Positions 46,860 through 60,560 of a DNA stretch of 64,000 bases are shown here, one piece after another. The first letter of the stretch is position 1, and every line of letters starts with the position of its first letter. The stretch is from assembly GCA_040285825.1 (NCBI GenBank), contig JAUPSS010000007.1, forward strand, positions 2,578,689-2,642,688. Reading direction: 5' to 3'. The notes below the pieces were generated by a model that worked only from the letters and a program-made list of their open reading frames with translations, was not told the DNA's origin and searched no databases. The translations under genes were made by a program, and so were the position numbers. The DNA is from Eukaryota sp. TZLM1-RC (Eukaryota > Protista > Metamonada: BaSk clade).

Positions 46860-48745
46860 TTTCGTTACTTTTTGTTTTTGTTTTCTATGGCCAAGCTTTT
46901 TGCCCCATCATTTAACCTGTAAATGTGGTTAACCTCATTTGTTTACTCATCTGTTGAACTATAAACATTTCATTACATTTAGAAGTAAAGTACATAATAA
47001 TGACAGGGACTAAATTTTTGTCAGAAAACTGCTTTTTGTTCTTCTGAACTTTCGCCTGTTGCAGGTTAAACCTTTAATTATGAAAACCTTCTGCCTCACA
47101 ATTTTGGAAACAAAAACTACTTACTGAAATGGAAGTTGATGCTGCAGTGTTTCGTCCCAGCTGGAAATGCTCCTGGCCCATCTGCAATCACTTTCGATAT
47201 GCTGAAATCTGTGGACCGTCAAAATTCCTTCATTATAAGAATTTATGTTCTTTTCTCCAGATGTTTTGACCTTGACAATTGTTCCACCAAAAATTTGAGT
47301 GCATCTCCCTAAGTTGTTTCAATAAAAGCTAATGGAAAAGTTCATTCAATTGCTATTGGTGAAGCCATCTATCGACTGTTGTAATTTTCAACGGAATTTC
47401 ATTAAAAGCACAGGAATATTGTTCTCCCTTTCAATATGGAATTAAAACTATAGATAGAGAATCAGTTGCAGCTTTAACATCTGATTTATTTTTTAATTGT
47501 AAGGAAATAAATTGCGTTTTTAATTTTGATTTCAAAAATAATTTCAATTCAAATTTCTTAGGTCAAATTTTCTGAACTTCAAACATTCTTTTATAGGTTT
47601 TATGGCAATTCGTCTGATCCAATTATTCTTACTTCATGTGCTTTTGTTGGTGGATGCAGAAATACACTATTTGAGTTTTCTGAAAGATGTGCTGATTGGG
47701 AAGATTTTTTAATTACAACACAAAGTTCCACTGTTTTTGTTTCAATAAATATTCCAGTTTTTTTTAAAAAAAAAAGTTTTTGCATTAAATGATGAAAGTT
47801 CGAAAATTGATGTAGAAAAATGGAGTCGATGCTTTCCCCAATCAATCAATGGCAATATTCCAGAAAAGAATCTTTTAAATTTAAGATACACTTTTCGAAC
47901 ATTACAGAAACGTTTGACTGGAATGTATGAAAACGATTTTTATAATAATGTATGCAGCTCGGCTGTTTTAAATCAAGATCATCACTCATTGTTATTGGAA
48001 AAGGATGTTTGTGAAAACCAGTCATCAGATTTTTCACTGTATTATCAAAAGACAAATGCGTTTGTTCGAATTCACCTCATCTCACTTTGCGCCATGCTCT
48101 GAATTGTTCTAAACTGATAACTTATCGTTCTTCATTACATGATGCTGTTAGAGACACTGTTTTCAATATGGCACAAACTGCAAGAATATCGTGTTTCAAA
48201 GAGCGTCTGCTGAAGGAAACACTTTCTCTGAATAATTTTGGTTCTGTTGATAGAGGTGATGTATACTGTAATTGGATTGATAATTCTGAAGCTATTGTGG
48301 ACTTTGTCTCATTTATTGTTGCAAATGATACTTTGGTTCACAGAAGAAAACTTAATCCTGTAAGAGCTCTTTGATTTTAAAGCAAAAGAATAACATAGAA
48401 AATATGATTAAGATATTGAAGAAGCTAATGCTGGTAGAAATACACAGCTAGTTTTTATTGCTTTCCCATTTTCGATAAATGGAAGATTATCAGTTGAAGC
48501 AGAAACTTTTTTGAATGACTTCCAAAATATTGTTCAAAAAAACAATGAAAAGATTTGATATATTTTTATGGCGTTCTCAGATTCAATTTGCCATTATTAA
48601 TAGATTACCTCGGTATTTCACTCGAATAAGAGAAGCTTTAACTAGACAGCAAGCAGATCAAGATTTTGTAGAGGAAATCTTGGTTCAATGATATTCGTCC
48701 CATTAGTTATGAACTAATTTAATTAAATATGCATGTTCAATAAAT
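46860..48745 (+). mobile_element. Patchwork of decayed RLE retrotransposon pieces ending in a family B 3' end
   Basis: CCHC piece at 46900-47010; RT relics APGPS.ITFDML, IAIGEAIYR, QYGI, DFKN; RHALNC, HDAVRD; 3' UTR AATAAA near 48740. Confidence 0.75.
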
Positions 48746-49369
48746 GTGCAACTTTAACAAAATTCTTAGCCTTTTTAATGTCAGTTGATCCAACAATCAT
48801 ATTTTGCTGATATAGAACTTGGCGCTGTTGATTTTAATTCATCAAATTATTTAAACAACGATGCATTGGTTGTTTAAACAAGTTTGTTTTTCAATTTTTA
48901 GAAGATATCTTTTGGCCGAAAATCATGAAACAACAAATAGTCTCTTACGGGATAAGTAAAGAGACGATTTATTTTTTTCTATACGAATAACAAAACTTAA
49001 GATAACTTAAGGGAGGCAATATCAAGTTTATCTCCTGAGCTAGGGCAATCATGTTTCCCTATAGATATTCAAGAAATTCCAGAAAGAAGTTTGCTTTCAT
49101 TGAAATTTGCGTCAAAGAAACTGCAAAAACATCTTTTGAAACAATTTGAAAGTAAGGATTTTATCGTTCGACTTAGCACAACTAGGCAAGAAAATCCTGC
49201 TTTTGCAAATTTTTTGATTGATCGGAAGGAGATTTCATCTGCAGTTTTGTTGAACCAAAATCTCCAATTTTATGCTATATTTTCAAATGACGATCAAAGG
49301 ACCAGTTATTTTTGGTTTTAATGGAACCTTCAGTGTTTTACAACATATGTTCATTTATCCTTTCATTTC

Positions 49370-49640
49370 TTCCAATGAACATTTCAGTAATTCAGATGTT
49401 GATGATCCTCTTCGAGCTAGGCAAAATACACAGTTGTTAAATACGCAAGACCTATGTCTTTTGTCTATGATTCATTCATGCCCACTATAATTTATGTTTC
49501 TTTGTTTTCTGTTTGCTCGGTTGTTTTGGTAATGCTGCTTTGGCATTCCCCGAGGATTTCATTGTAGTTGTAAAGGAAAGGACTGAAAGAAGTTTCAATC
49601 TTGTTTACTGGCAAAACAATATTGTGTTTTCAATTGTCAA
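49370..49640 (+). mobile_element. RLE C-terminal fragment (family C)
   Basis: Inverted homolog of 50120-50400 (EDF.VVVKERT...YWQN.IVF). Confidence 0.65.
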
Positions 49641-50119
49641 TGGAAAAAATTGACTTTCTTCTTTTGGCAATTTTTCAGAATTTTCAGTATTAATGTTTCG
49701 ATGTCAAAGAGGCAAATTGTCAAGACGTAGAGCTTTAGTTGTCTATTTGAATCGTTCCATTTCTATTCGTTGCTTAATAAAGAATTGGTTTAATAAAAAA
49801 ATCAATAAACACAACAATATTTTTAAGCAAGGAATCAATAATTTGAAGAAAATTATATCAACAACGTGGGAAAATGAATAGGCGTGATTTCGAAAAAAAT
49901 CAGGATTGACACCCATCAGGTAAGCAGAAAATTATGTGCTTGAGGTAATTGAATGGACGTCATTAAGGTTCACGTAAGCTATTTAGAGAAACACTTTTCA
50001 AAAAAAGTGCCTATTTTATTTAAATATTAAATCGTTAAAATAATTTTTCTTCAAATAATCCTCTTCTTGCTTTTTATTCATTTAACAAGAAATATGAAAA
50101 TAAAATTCCCTTAAAAATA

Positions 50120-52340
50120 TAAAATACAATCCTGTTTTGCCAGTAAACACGATTGAAAATTCTTCCAGTTCTTTCCTTTACAACTACAACAAAATCCTCA
50201 AGGAAAGCCACAGCAGCCTTACATAAAAAACCAAGAAATAAAGGAAAAAACAAAGGGACATATGTTGGGCAGGAGAATTTTCATTAACTGAAGAAATTGG
50301 TTTCGCGTATTTAGCAATTTTGCATTTTTTGCCTGCAAGAAGAGGATTATTTACATCCGAGTTAATGAGATGTTCGTTAGAAGAATTACAAGAGTCAATA
50401 GACATGGCGTCTAAAATAGTAAAAATACCATTTACATTGGGAACACTAGATCATCTCTTGTCAGACCCATAGAAGCTCTGTTGTAACGCGTACTATCAAT
50501 ATTGGGGTCATCAAGAATTAATTTTGATAACAACAGCTCTAAAAGGAATCTACTCGATATGATTTGCACATTACATAAATTTAGTCCCTGACATTATTAT
50601 ACATTTTGCTTTCAAATGTAAGGAAATTTTTACAGTTCAACAGATGAGTAAACAAAAGAGGTTTACCACATTTACAAGTTAAATGATTGGGCAAATTGTT
50701 TGGCCACAGAACACAACGAAAACGCATGTTTAAAAGTCATTTTTTTTTAACAAAAGTCCATAAACAGAGGGAATTTGAGTTACTATAGCAGCAGCAGAAC
50801 TATCACAAATGTCTTTTAAAAAATTACCGAAAGTGGGATTTTCAGTTTTGGCCAAGCCAAGTTACACTTCATAATCCAAGCCTTCATAAAATTTAACCAG
50901 ATGACTGCTGAAGCTTATTCAGGCAAAAACGTAAATTTGGAAGTGATCGGATGTGACTTTCTTGAACATTTTGAGGGAAACACTGAATCAAGATATCACT
51001 AGGCAAATTATAAAAATATATTTATTGAATTTGCACACTTGATTAAATTAAATCATAACTAATGGAACGACTATCATTAATTATCTAATTCAATTTGAAG
51101 TTGATTTAAATAAAAATTTGATTCACCATGGATCAGATGAACATCATAAGGGAACCTTTGGAAAAATTCAAAAATAAAATTTTTCCCCATCCTAAAAAAG
51201 CTGCTTTACATAAAATCGAAGATTAAGTGAAACCAATTCCACCCAATTCAGCAGAACAAAAAACATGACTTCGAATTAAAGATTCATTTACTTCCAATAT
51301 TGAGGAAAAATATTTGACCCGAAGTTTGTTGAAAGATCTTCAAAAATCAAGAGATACCGAAGGGGCAATTGACCTTGAAATATGAGTGAATTTTCCAGAA
51401 TGACAAATTGTTAAAATAAAAAATTTGATGTGTTTTTCTATGTCGCAATCAGTAATAAAACTAAGATCCTTGTCAAATTTCTCCAATAAAGTGTTCAACT
51501 GGAAATTGTTTTCATCCAAATTACCAACCCAACATCCAAGAAACTTGAATGCTTGTTGGTCATAATTAATAAAAGGAATCTGAGCACAATCAATCAATCA
51601 AGATTGTTTTGTTCTACCAATCAAGAGACATTTAGATGGATTCAAAGCGAATCAAATTTCTTTGTACTTCGCGGCAACGCTTCAGAAACCCTACAAATGC
51701 TTTCGTAAGAACCAATAATAGAAATATCATCCATGCAAGAAACAATACGCAATTCAGGGAATTCTTTTTGGGTCAATTCAATAATATTATGGATAGCCAA
51801 ACAAAAAAGCAATGGGCCAAGAGGATCACCTTGTTTGACACCAGAAGAAGATTCAAGGGTAAAGGTGTCAAAAATTAAGTCGGACTTTTTTCCATCAAAT
51901 GAGTAAATAAGCTGAAAACACTGGAAATTCTTGAAGGAAATCGTAACTGCAGTTACGCTTTATTGAATTAAAGGCATTTTTAAAGTCCAAATTGGAAATA
52001 TATTGATGTTGCTGAATATTGAAAAAAACATATGAAGTCATTGATGCAACAGAAGCACCTTCAATAGTTTTAATACCAAATTGAAAAGGTTTCAAACAGT
52101 CCCTTGCTGTAGTGGAAATTCTGTTAAAAAAATAAGCGAAGACAGCAATCTGGTTAAAGACTCTCCAATAGCAATTGGTTTATCTCCATCAGATTTGTTA
52201 CTTTTTCCTGGTTTAACCAAAGCAACCAAACGGGCAGCAATCAATTTAGGTGGAGGAACATAATTCAAAAACATGAAATTTTTGCCATGCAATAAATAAA
52301 ATAGCTGAAAATTCAGACATTTCGTATTATACAACATCAT
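50120..52340 (-). mobile_element. Heavily decayed CRE-like element (RT to RLE) with a nested ~60-bp family B 3' end at 51020..51080
   Basis: ARLVAL..PIAIGESLTR, FQFGI, DFKNAFNS, GVKQGDPL, FLGCW, CKCG..HLLNC, YWQNRIVF. Confidence 0.8.
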
Positions 52341-52499
52341 TTGCTACATTTTTGTCACAAAAGTTTTGTGCATAGAATTTCGAATATTTTTTCAAATCTT
52401 AAGCAAAAAAATAGTATTGATAAGAATTATACAAATGTTACGATCTAGAAACAAAATTCAAAATATTATCCATTGTTTTAATGGTAAATTTCAAATTTA

Positions 52500-52842
52500 A
52501 CGTCAAAAAAAGAAAATACAAAAATATGAAGAACCATTAGCACAATTAGGTAGAGCTGAACATGTGAAATATCAGTTTGTGCCGTTTGCAAATTCCCTCT
52601 TTGGTAATATTGGACCTTCAGGATTACACTTTGTTGAAAACTTCAAAAGAGTTTTACTGAGTAGGTCTGGTAAAACAATGAATTCCACCTTCTGGTTAAA
52701 TAGAATTGTTTTTTTTTGCATTTTCAAATCTATTCCAACAATGATTTCTAAGGTTCTTTCAGCTATTGGTATAGAATATAAACGAAATGCTGTTAGTAAG
52801 TTTAGTAATAGTGAAGCTTGTTTGGAGGATATTGAATACTAG
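52500..52842 (+). mobile_element. RLE C-terminal fragment
   Basis: KYQFVPFA.SLFGNIG...FWLNRIVF, similar to the C-terminus of the 23009 ORF. Confidence 0.7.
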
Positions 52843-53766
52843 ATAGAATTTTATTTCTATAAAAATACAGTACTTTAAAAAAAATTGGTACAACTATATG
52901 ACTATTGCAGCATGAAGGAACAGACGATTAAAACAATTGAAGCACAAAGATGATTCATTTTGACTCGCTTTCTGCCAACTACTGAACAATTATGGCTTAA
53001 TACCAAATTCAAAATTTCCAAGGGTAAAAAACGAAATTTCACTGGTATGTTGGTAAACATAATTTTGAAAGTACTCAACAAAACCATCTCAGATTTCGAA
53101 TTATGTTCAGAAATTCCAGAACAGCTCTACCTAAATCTCACAGTAATTAATTTTTTTTCATGTACTCATTTCCAATGAAAGAAATACAAAAAAGCTGTTT
53201 TGTTTGTGTTCACCCAATTTCATTGTACCCAACTGATCTTTTTTTGGTTACAAGTTTGTAGAAGGGCCAAGGAAATAAAGTAAATTATCAATACTTCCAG
53301 AACTCACAAATCATGAATTTCATGGTAAGTTAAACCTAATCTTTCAGTTTTTCATGGGAGTGTAATGGATTTATTTACAGTCCCTACATTTCAACATAAT
53401 ATTCAAGCATCGAATTTGAATCAATTATCGAATTGTTTTTCCTCTACAGAACTATTCCTATTTTCTAACCTTAGAAGTTTTCAGCCTTATGAGAAGGTTT
53501 TGCATAAGTTATAAGAAAAGCCTTTTTACATCATTATTCAAGGAATGAAAATTCAAACAATTTAGTAAACACACAATATGACATCCGTGAGAATAAAACT
53601 TTTGCAACATCACGTTCAACATTTCCGTTTTCAGATACCATGGGGATAAGCTTACGTGTTGAATTTAATGGAAGTGAAAATAAAAAAAATAGGCGGAGTT
53701 GATACTGAATTGCCAAAGAATAAAGTTGACAATTAGTTCTTCCAAAATTTTTGTCATTATTCCTCA

Positions 53767-56759
53767 ATGGTATCGTTAATGCTTTGTGATCACCACAGAT
53801 TTACCTATCCTCAGATTCAGAAGATGATCTTATTACAAACACTGTTTACGAGCCTACTGTGCCTCCTATGAGAATGATTCAGTTCATAGACGATGCTGAG
53901 CCAGTTCCTTTATATCTTCTCTCTATGAGGGATAATGATGATCTTATCTATCCTGTTGTTGAAATGCTTAGGGCCAGCATGGACAGCACTAAACCATTTC
54001 TATCGGTTGATACTGAATGGCGTAATAATCTTCTTGATGTCATTCAATTAGGCACACCTTCAATGTGCGTTGTTCTACAGATTCACCAAAAAAAGTCTCT
54101 CAACCGTCACTTGAAAGAACTTCTTACCTCTTTATCGATTATGAAAGTCTTTAAGGCCCAGTTCGAGGATTTGAAGCGAATCAAGAAGTTTTGGAAGGTT
54201 AAGGTTTCCCCGGTTTTCGATATTGCAGACTATTTCGAGGCCATAGGGAAACTTTATCAAAATCGAACAGGTCAGGGGGTGGAACAGATTGGTAAACCGT
54301 CCCACCCTGCTTGTACATTTGCAGCACATGGTTTCAATTGTCTACTTCCCAGGGATGAATCCACTACAATGTCAAATTGGAGTGCAGAGACTCTAACTCA
54401 AGAACAAGTAGACTATGCTGCACTTGACGCCTACTGGATTGCGTTTCTCTACTCCATAATGAACCAATATGATATTGGAAAAGTTCCACCGCCCTTGGAA
54501 AGTCCTTGTGTGTATTTCCGTAGGTGGTTTGATCTGAAAGACTCCTCTCTTGCGAGAAGGACTCCTTTTAGAACCTACTTACCCAGAATAGATTCAAAGA
54601 GCTTTATTACTGCTCTCCGTGAGCTCAAATTGTTCTGTTGTGATGTTCATCAAGTAAAGAATGACCAGAAGGAATTACCAAAAACTTCATTCAAAGATCC
54701 ACAGTTTTTGCTCAACTCCATCTCTCTATTTACTCAGTTTCTATGTAAAGTATTTACTAAGGTGAAGAATCTGGACAAGATTAATCTCCGCAATGCGTAC
54801 TCTTACCTCAAATGTTCTGGTACCATTGAACCTGTTGAATTTGCCCAGCTGGCCAGTAGAATAGTTTGTTTTACTGTTTTTAGAACATCTGGGGACACTG
54901 ACGCTCCTGACGTGTTTCTTTCATTCTCTAATCAAAAGAGGTTTGCTCTTTATAATCTGACAGTTGCCTATTACGCATTTGCTGAAATCGTGGACTATGA
55001 CCCTTTAAGCCTTGATTTATTCAACACGATCACCTTGGATGAATCAATGTTCAATATGGAACCATGTATGGACTTTGTTGATCCAATTATCACCTCTTAT
55101 TGCCTCATTTTGCCAGAATGCATTAACAATAAGTTGCTGTGCTCTGGAATGAATCCTGTAAGTGTCTGCAAATGTAACTCAAAGGATGAAAATATAAATG
55201 ATGCTCTCAACAACCTTATCAACTCCATCAATCTCCAGAATCCTATTGTAGCTGTTTATGCTTGTTCAACAACCACACTTTTGGATACCATTACGTTCGC
55301 CACGGATACTAGTATTGTTGAACTCACTACTGATTATAATAGAGAAATTAATCCATTACTAGAAGCTCTGTTGTCCAATGGAGCAATTACAAAGTACTTC
55401 ATGGGCAAAGACTGTCCCATTTCCCAAGTTGGTGAGTTCTTTTGTTTGGAAAAACTTTATGGATTTGTTGACTTTGGAAATCAATATGATTCTGCAAATA
55501 ATGAATTTTGCCAATTATATGGACCTAATCTTTCCCTTTATGATCCCAAAATGTGTTCTTCCTTGCCAGTGTACGGGTATTGTGATAGTTACCCTCTTAG
55601 CCCATGCTCTGAAGATGTAACTACTTGCTTCAGCATGTGGTTATTGATGAAAAAGTATAACTTGCAAACAGCAAACTCTGTACCAGTTCAATGTCCAATT
55701 CCATCTGCTCAACCAGAGATAGATGAATTAATCGCTCGTCAAAAGGCGGTGGAGAAAACTAATAATTATTATTTTGTTAATCTAACCTCTCAAGACTTAA
55801 GTAATGATGCAGATGTTCTTTACCATTCCGATTTACTTGATGTTGATGTCTGTAAAATACCATCTGATCCTGAAGTTTCCAAATCTAAATACCCCAAGTC
55901 AGTTAGCTTGAAATGTCTGATGCCAAGTGGTGTTGCCTGTCCTATACCATCGTACAATCCTGAATCTCAAAGAGTATCTGTTAAAACGTTATCAGCACTG
56001 TTTGTTTTGGAACGATTTGTTTTAAAGGATTCTATTTTTAGAAAGGAATATCTAGGAGAAATTCAAATTCGTGCTCAGTTGGCTGTGATTAATTCAACAT
56101 TATCTCAGTTGCCCAATGTTTTGGCTTCCCTTCCTCCCTCTTTGATGAATGTGAAATTCATACCCAAGCTTACCAAATGGTCCTTTAAAGGCGACAAAGC
56201 TTCATTTAAAATTCGTGTGGATCAGGCTGAAGGAATACAGAATCAATTGCGAGAGGCTAACTGTGCCAGTTTGGTGTCGTTTGAATCTGTTCATCCGAGT
56301 TTTCAACCATCAAGTACTGATTTTCTTCAAGTTCACTGCAAGTACTTGCTTAATCGGTTCTCTGATTTCTGTACCTCGTACAGTGGTGGAAAATTTGAGA
56401 ACATTCCGCTTATACTAGAAAATCATGTTCTTCCTCCCGATTCCAAAGTTCAACCTTATCATAGAGTAGGCTTAAATAAGACCAATTTCCTTCGCTGCTG
56501 TAAAGCTTGTGTACCTGTTTTTTATGATGTTCACCAATGGGATTGTAGTCATCAATTTGGCCCTTTGGTTCCACTGTTTACGCAGGTTTTGAAGAAGCTG
56601 GGCATGGTCTATTCTGCAGTATACGACGAAGAAATTCCGTTCATGAAACGGAAAAGTAACGCAAAGAAGTATCTTCTCTATCTCCTGCACAATAATATTT
56701 TCAATGAAAAGGTACAGCCAGCGAATCTGAAGCTTATCTGGGAGCAACAATTCAACTAA
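53767..56759 (+). CDS. ~987-aa protein with an N-terminal DEDDy (WRN/EXD-like) 3'-5' exonuclease and a second degenerate exonuclease fold (copy 3, intact); intron 53770..53798
   Basis: SVDTEW (ExoI), IQLGT, FEDL (ExoII), SNWS...LTQEQVDYAALDA (ExoIII); ATG at 53767 plus a 29-nt intron joins in frame. Confidence 0.85.
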
Positions 56760-57524
56760 CTCAATACGTGTGCTTTAAATTTACAACTGTCAATTGTTTT
56801 GTTTTTGTTATAATTGTGTGAATTTTTATTTGAATAGAGAACTGATCCTTTTAAAAAGGGTCGTAGAAAATAACAGAGTTTGTTTGGCATACTACTTTGT
56901 GTTGATCACATCTCAAAATGGTATTGGGAAGTTTCAGAACATATCATTAAATTTGCTGAAGAAAAGATTTGTAAACAACACTCAGGAACACTAATTGATG
57001 ATATTAAGAATCACACTGAATTGATGTATTTTTGACACTTTTCTTATGTTCGTCATGATATTCAATGTGACTACTTTGGTTATGTTGAAATGAGAAAATT
57101 CGTTGTAGGACAAATCTAGGACACTTGGTCGAGGAGCAGTCCATTGTACAAAACAACCTATATGATGTAGTTGGGACTGAAAAAATAGACGTTACTTGGA
57201 TTTGAGGGGAAATCTTTGTGCGAGACTAAAGCCAACTAAGCATCGACTGACAGCTCTGATTGAAATTGGTCTACTGTACATTCAAGTTCATCAAATTTAA
57301 GGATGTCATGGGATCGATGGAACTACTTGAAATTTCTTTTGGTCAAATACATAGGCTTAAAAAATCGTTGATTTGTAATTATTTTTGAGCTTTTTGAAAA
57401 TTTAGTTACTTTTGAAAGTAATAAATTCATCTTTTTTTTCTCAAAACATTTTCTTATCCTTTTATTCATATTTGAATCATAAGTTTCATCATCTGCTTTT
57501 GTTTTAAAAGTCTTCACCTTTACA

Positions 57525-59396
57525 ATGGAATCCAGGAGACTTAAGCCTCCTACCAATGCCTATGCTCTTTATGCTTTCATGGGTGCTTTTGATGGCGATT
57601 TCGGCGAGGAACAACCTCTTCCGCCCAATTTCCAATTGGAAGGATCAGCAAGCGACCGTCTTAAGGTCTATCAAGATCTTCAAGTTGTGGTCAATGCTTT
57701 GGATAGCGTTGCTTTAAGCAATAATGGTGAATGTTCTCGCTTGTACGAATCTAGTATTCATTCGTTTATGCAAGAATCCAACATTGCCAATCTTGGAAAT
57801 CTACCTGGTTCTATTACCCAACTGTTAATTTCGCAAGTGCCAGCTCTTTTGGTGACAATTGAGAACTCATTTAATGGAGTTGATTGTTCACAACACATCC
57901 ATCAACAATACCGAACTGGTTCACTTTCCGGTCCTCAGAAGGCCTTCATGCAATCAGTGGTTGAAGACTATTCAAAGGATGAGTTGCTATCTGAGTTGAA
58001 ATAATTTGCCTACCGATGCTTGAGAGATATCCAAATTCAAGGTTCTGCCAATGTGGCTGAGTATCTGTTAGCAGAAAAAGATGTTGGACATTTACTGGGT
58101 GATTTGAGAAGTGATCAAGTTTATGCTGCTATTAGATATGTGGAAAGATTTCTCATCAATCCAATCAATACTTCTAATTTGGAACTTGATTGTCGAAATT
58201 CCATTATCTTGGCTGAAAACCAAGATTTGAGGGATAAAATGTTTCAAGAGAAAATGAAACTCAAGCAATTATCGTCGAAGGAGACTGATTTACGAAAACA
58301 TCGACTCAAACAACATCTATTAGAAGATCAAATTCAGAAGAAGGCTATTCAAATTTGTCAACTTTCCCTGGAAAAGGAATCTTTAGTTGCTGAATTAGAA
58401 AAAGTCAAGGACAAATGTGATAGTTACCAACAAGAATTGGTTGCTATGAATAATATCCGTTCGCAACTAAGTCATTTTCAAGATGAAGTATCTAACTTAA
58501 ATCGATCATTACTTGACAAATTAATGAAATTGAGCAACTGAACGATGCTAATTTTAAGTTAATTGAAACCGTAAAGCAACAAAATCAAGAAATGGAAGAT
58601 TTAATGAAACTTGAGAACAAGTCACCACAATGTCCTGTTCTAGACTCTTCAAATCTTATCATCAATTACAACCAAATACTTGGTAGAGGAGGATTTGCTA
58701 CAGTTTATGGAGCTCAATGGTTTTCTCTTAACGTTGCTGTCAAAATAGTAGATATTGTTGATGAAGGACCAGCAAAATTGCAAAAGGAAATTGGTATTGG
58801 TACTCATGAAACTCAATTTTCCAGGTGTTTTGCGAGTATTTGGCATCACCTACATTAATGATCAAATTGGAATTGTTATGGAAAGGGCAGATGGTAAGCT
58901 TCAAATTCCTTCTCCTTTAAGTGGAAGTACTTTGACTATAGCCAAGAACATTTGTTATACTTTGAAGTTTCTCCAATCTAAGTCTATCATTCATGGTGAT
59001 ATTAAACCCGACAATGTTTTAATAGTAAATGGCCAAATACGACTTGCTGATTTTGGAACATCCAGGGTCATTGCTTCACACTCAATAATTCAAAGTGCCA
59101 AAGCTTTTACTCTTAAATATGCAGCATCTGAGGTTTTAAATGGAGAGTCAGTTCAGCAAAGTGATGTTTATTCAATGGGTGTTTTATTATATGAATTGTT
59201 GACTAATGAAGTTGCATATAAGCGATTTAAGCATTTCATGGTTGTTGGGGCCAAGTACAAAGGCCAGAAATTACCTTTTGCTAGGATTGTTCCAGAAAAT
59301 CTTCAAAATTTAATCAACAACTGTATGAATGATGATATCTCACAAAGACCTACCATGGACAATATTCTCAAAGTTTTGGAATCATTGAATCAATAA
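57525..59396 (+). pseudogene. Coiled-coil plus Ser/Thr (TKL-like) protein kinase, disrupted
   Basis: LGRGGFATV, VAVK, HGDIKPDN, DFG, DVYS; in-frame TAA at 58002 and frameshifts near 58520 and 58795. Confidence 0.8.
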
Positions 59397-60399
59397 ATGA
59401 AAATCTCAACCTGATGGTGGTTTGTCTTTGTTGATCTTCTGCCTTTGTGCAGTGTTGAAAAGTATTCATTTCCTTAAGGAAAGACATGATCAAGTCACTA
59501 GCGAGTCAACTCCATATTTTTTAGTAAGAGTCGTAAATTAAAAAGCTTAGAGTGATGAAAATTCGGCACTTTTTGATACCTTTCAAGTAAGTGATTAGTG
59601 GTGTTTTCCTATAATGATAGATGTCAAAAACATCGGTGAAGGTGAAGTATTTTGAGCAATTTAGTCGGTTTAGTGATAGTTCAGTTATCAGGTATTAGAA
59701 GTATCAAATTTGAAATGTATTTCTGGTTTACACAAATCTGAAAATGAATAAAACTAAAATTTCATTCATCAGCTTGTTATATAAATTGGAATTAAAACTA
59801 TCTATTTTTTTCTTTATTTATTTATTCGTAAACAATACAGTCTAAAACCAATATCTTCAAAACAACCTTCCACACCATCAAACCGTACATCAGCAATGTA
59901 TTCATAATGTACACTGACAGATATCGGAGCTTTTGAAATCATTTTAGGAATTACTTTGAAAATAGTGGAAAACAAAACGATTTGACCACAAACGGCGCAT
60001 AGAGACTTAATAGGAGACTACTTTTAAGATCAATAAGGTTAAACAACGTTGCGAATCTCAAGTAGTCGCTTTCAACAACAATAATCATCCCATTTTTCTG
60101 CTTCAACACAATACTTAAACCTAATGAATGTGTGTTGTCATTGATTTTCATTTAATGACTTTTGTCCACCATCAATTGAAACTTGTTAAACAAAAATTCA
60201 TCAAAACTGAAGTGAAGATGATTTAAGATGAGTTAGGGTCAAGTTACAGACCCGACAGATTATACGGTGATGCGTTTATGACAAAATCAGTGAAGTTGTA
60301 CTCTGTCAGTATGACAAAAATTCCATAAGCAATATTTATATGGAATTTTAGTCAAAAACGAGTCATTAATTATGATTAACCAAAGTTTTGTTCAAATAT

Positions 60400-60560
60400 C
60401 AAAAAACATCAATTTTTTGTGGACCACTAGGAACATTTCATTTAGAGAAGAAATAGGTTTTGCACATTTAGCAATTTTGTATTTGTCTTTAGCAAGAAGA
60501 GGATTATTTACATCTGAATTAATGAAATGTTCGTTAGAAAAATCATCGATTAGCCGTTTC
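60400..60560 (-). mobile_element. RLE fragment (family C)
   Basis: SNEHFINSDVNNPLLA..K.KIAK matches 50290-50390. Confidence 0.6.

Noticed and set aside
53742-56850. Helitron or TIR-transposon identity for the exonuclease unit
   Set aside because: No shared 5'-TC/CTRR-3' ends with a subterminal hairpin, no TIRs, no TSD, and no recognisable Rep/helicase or DDE motifs
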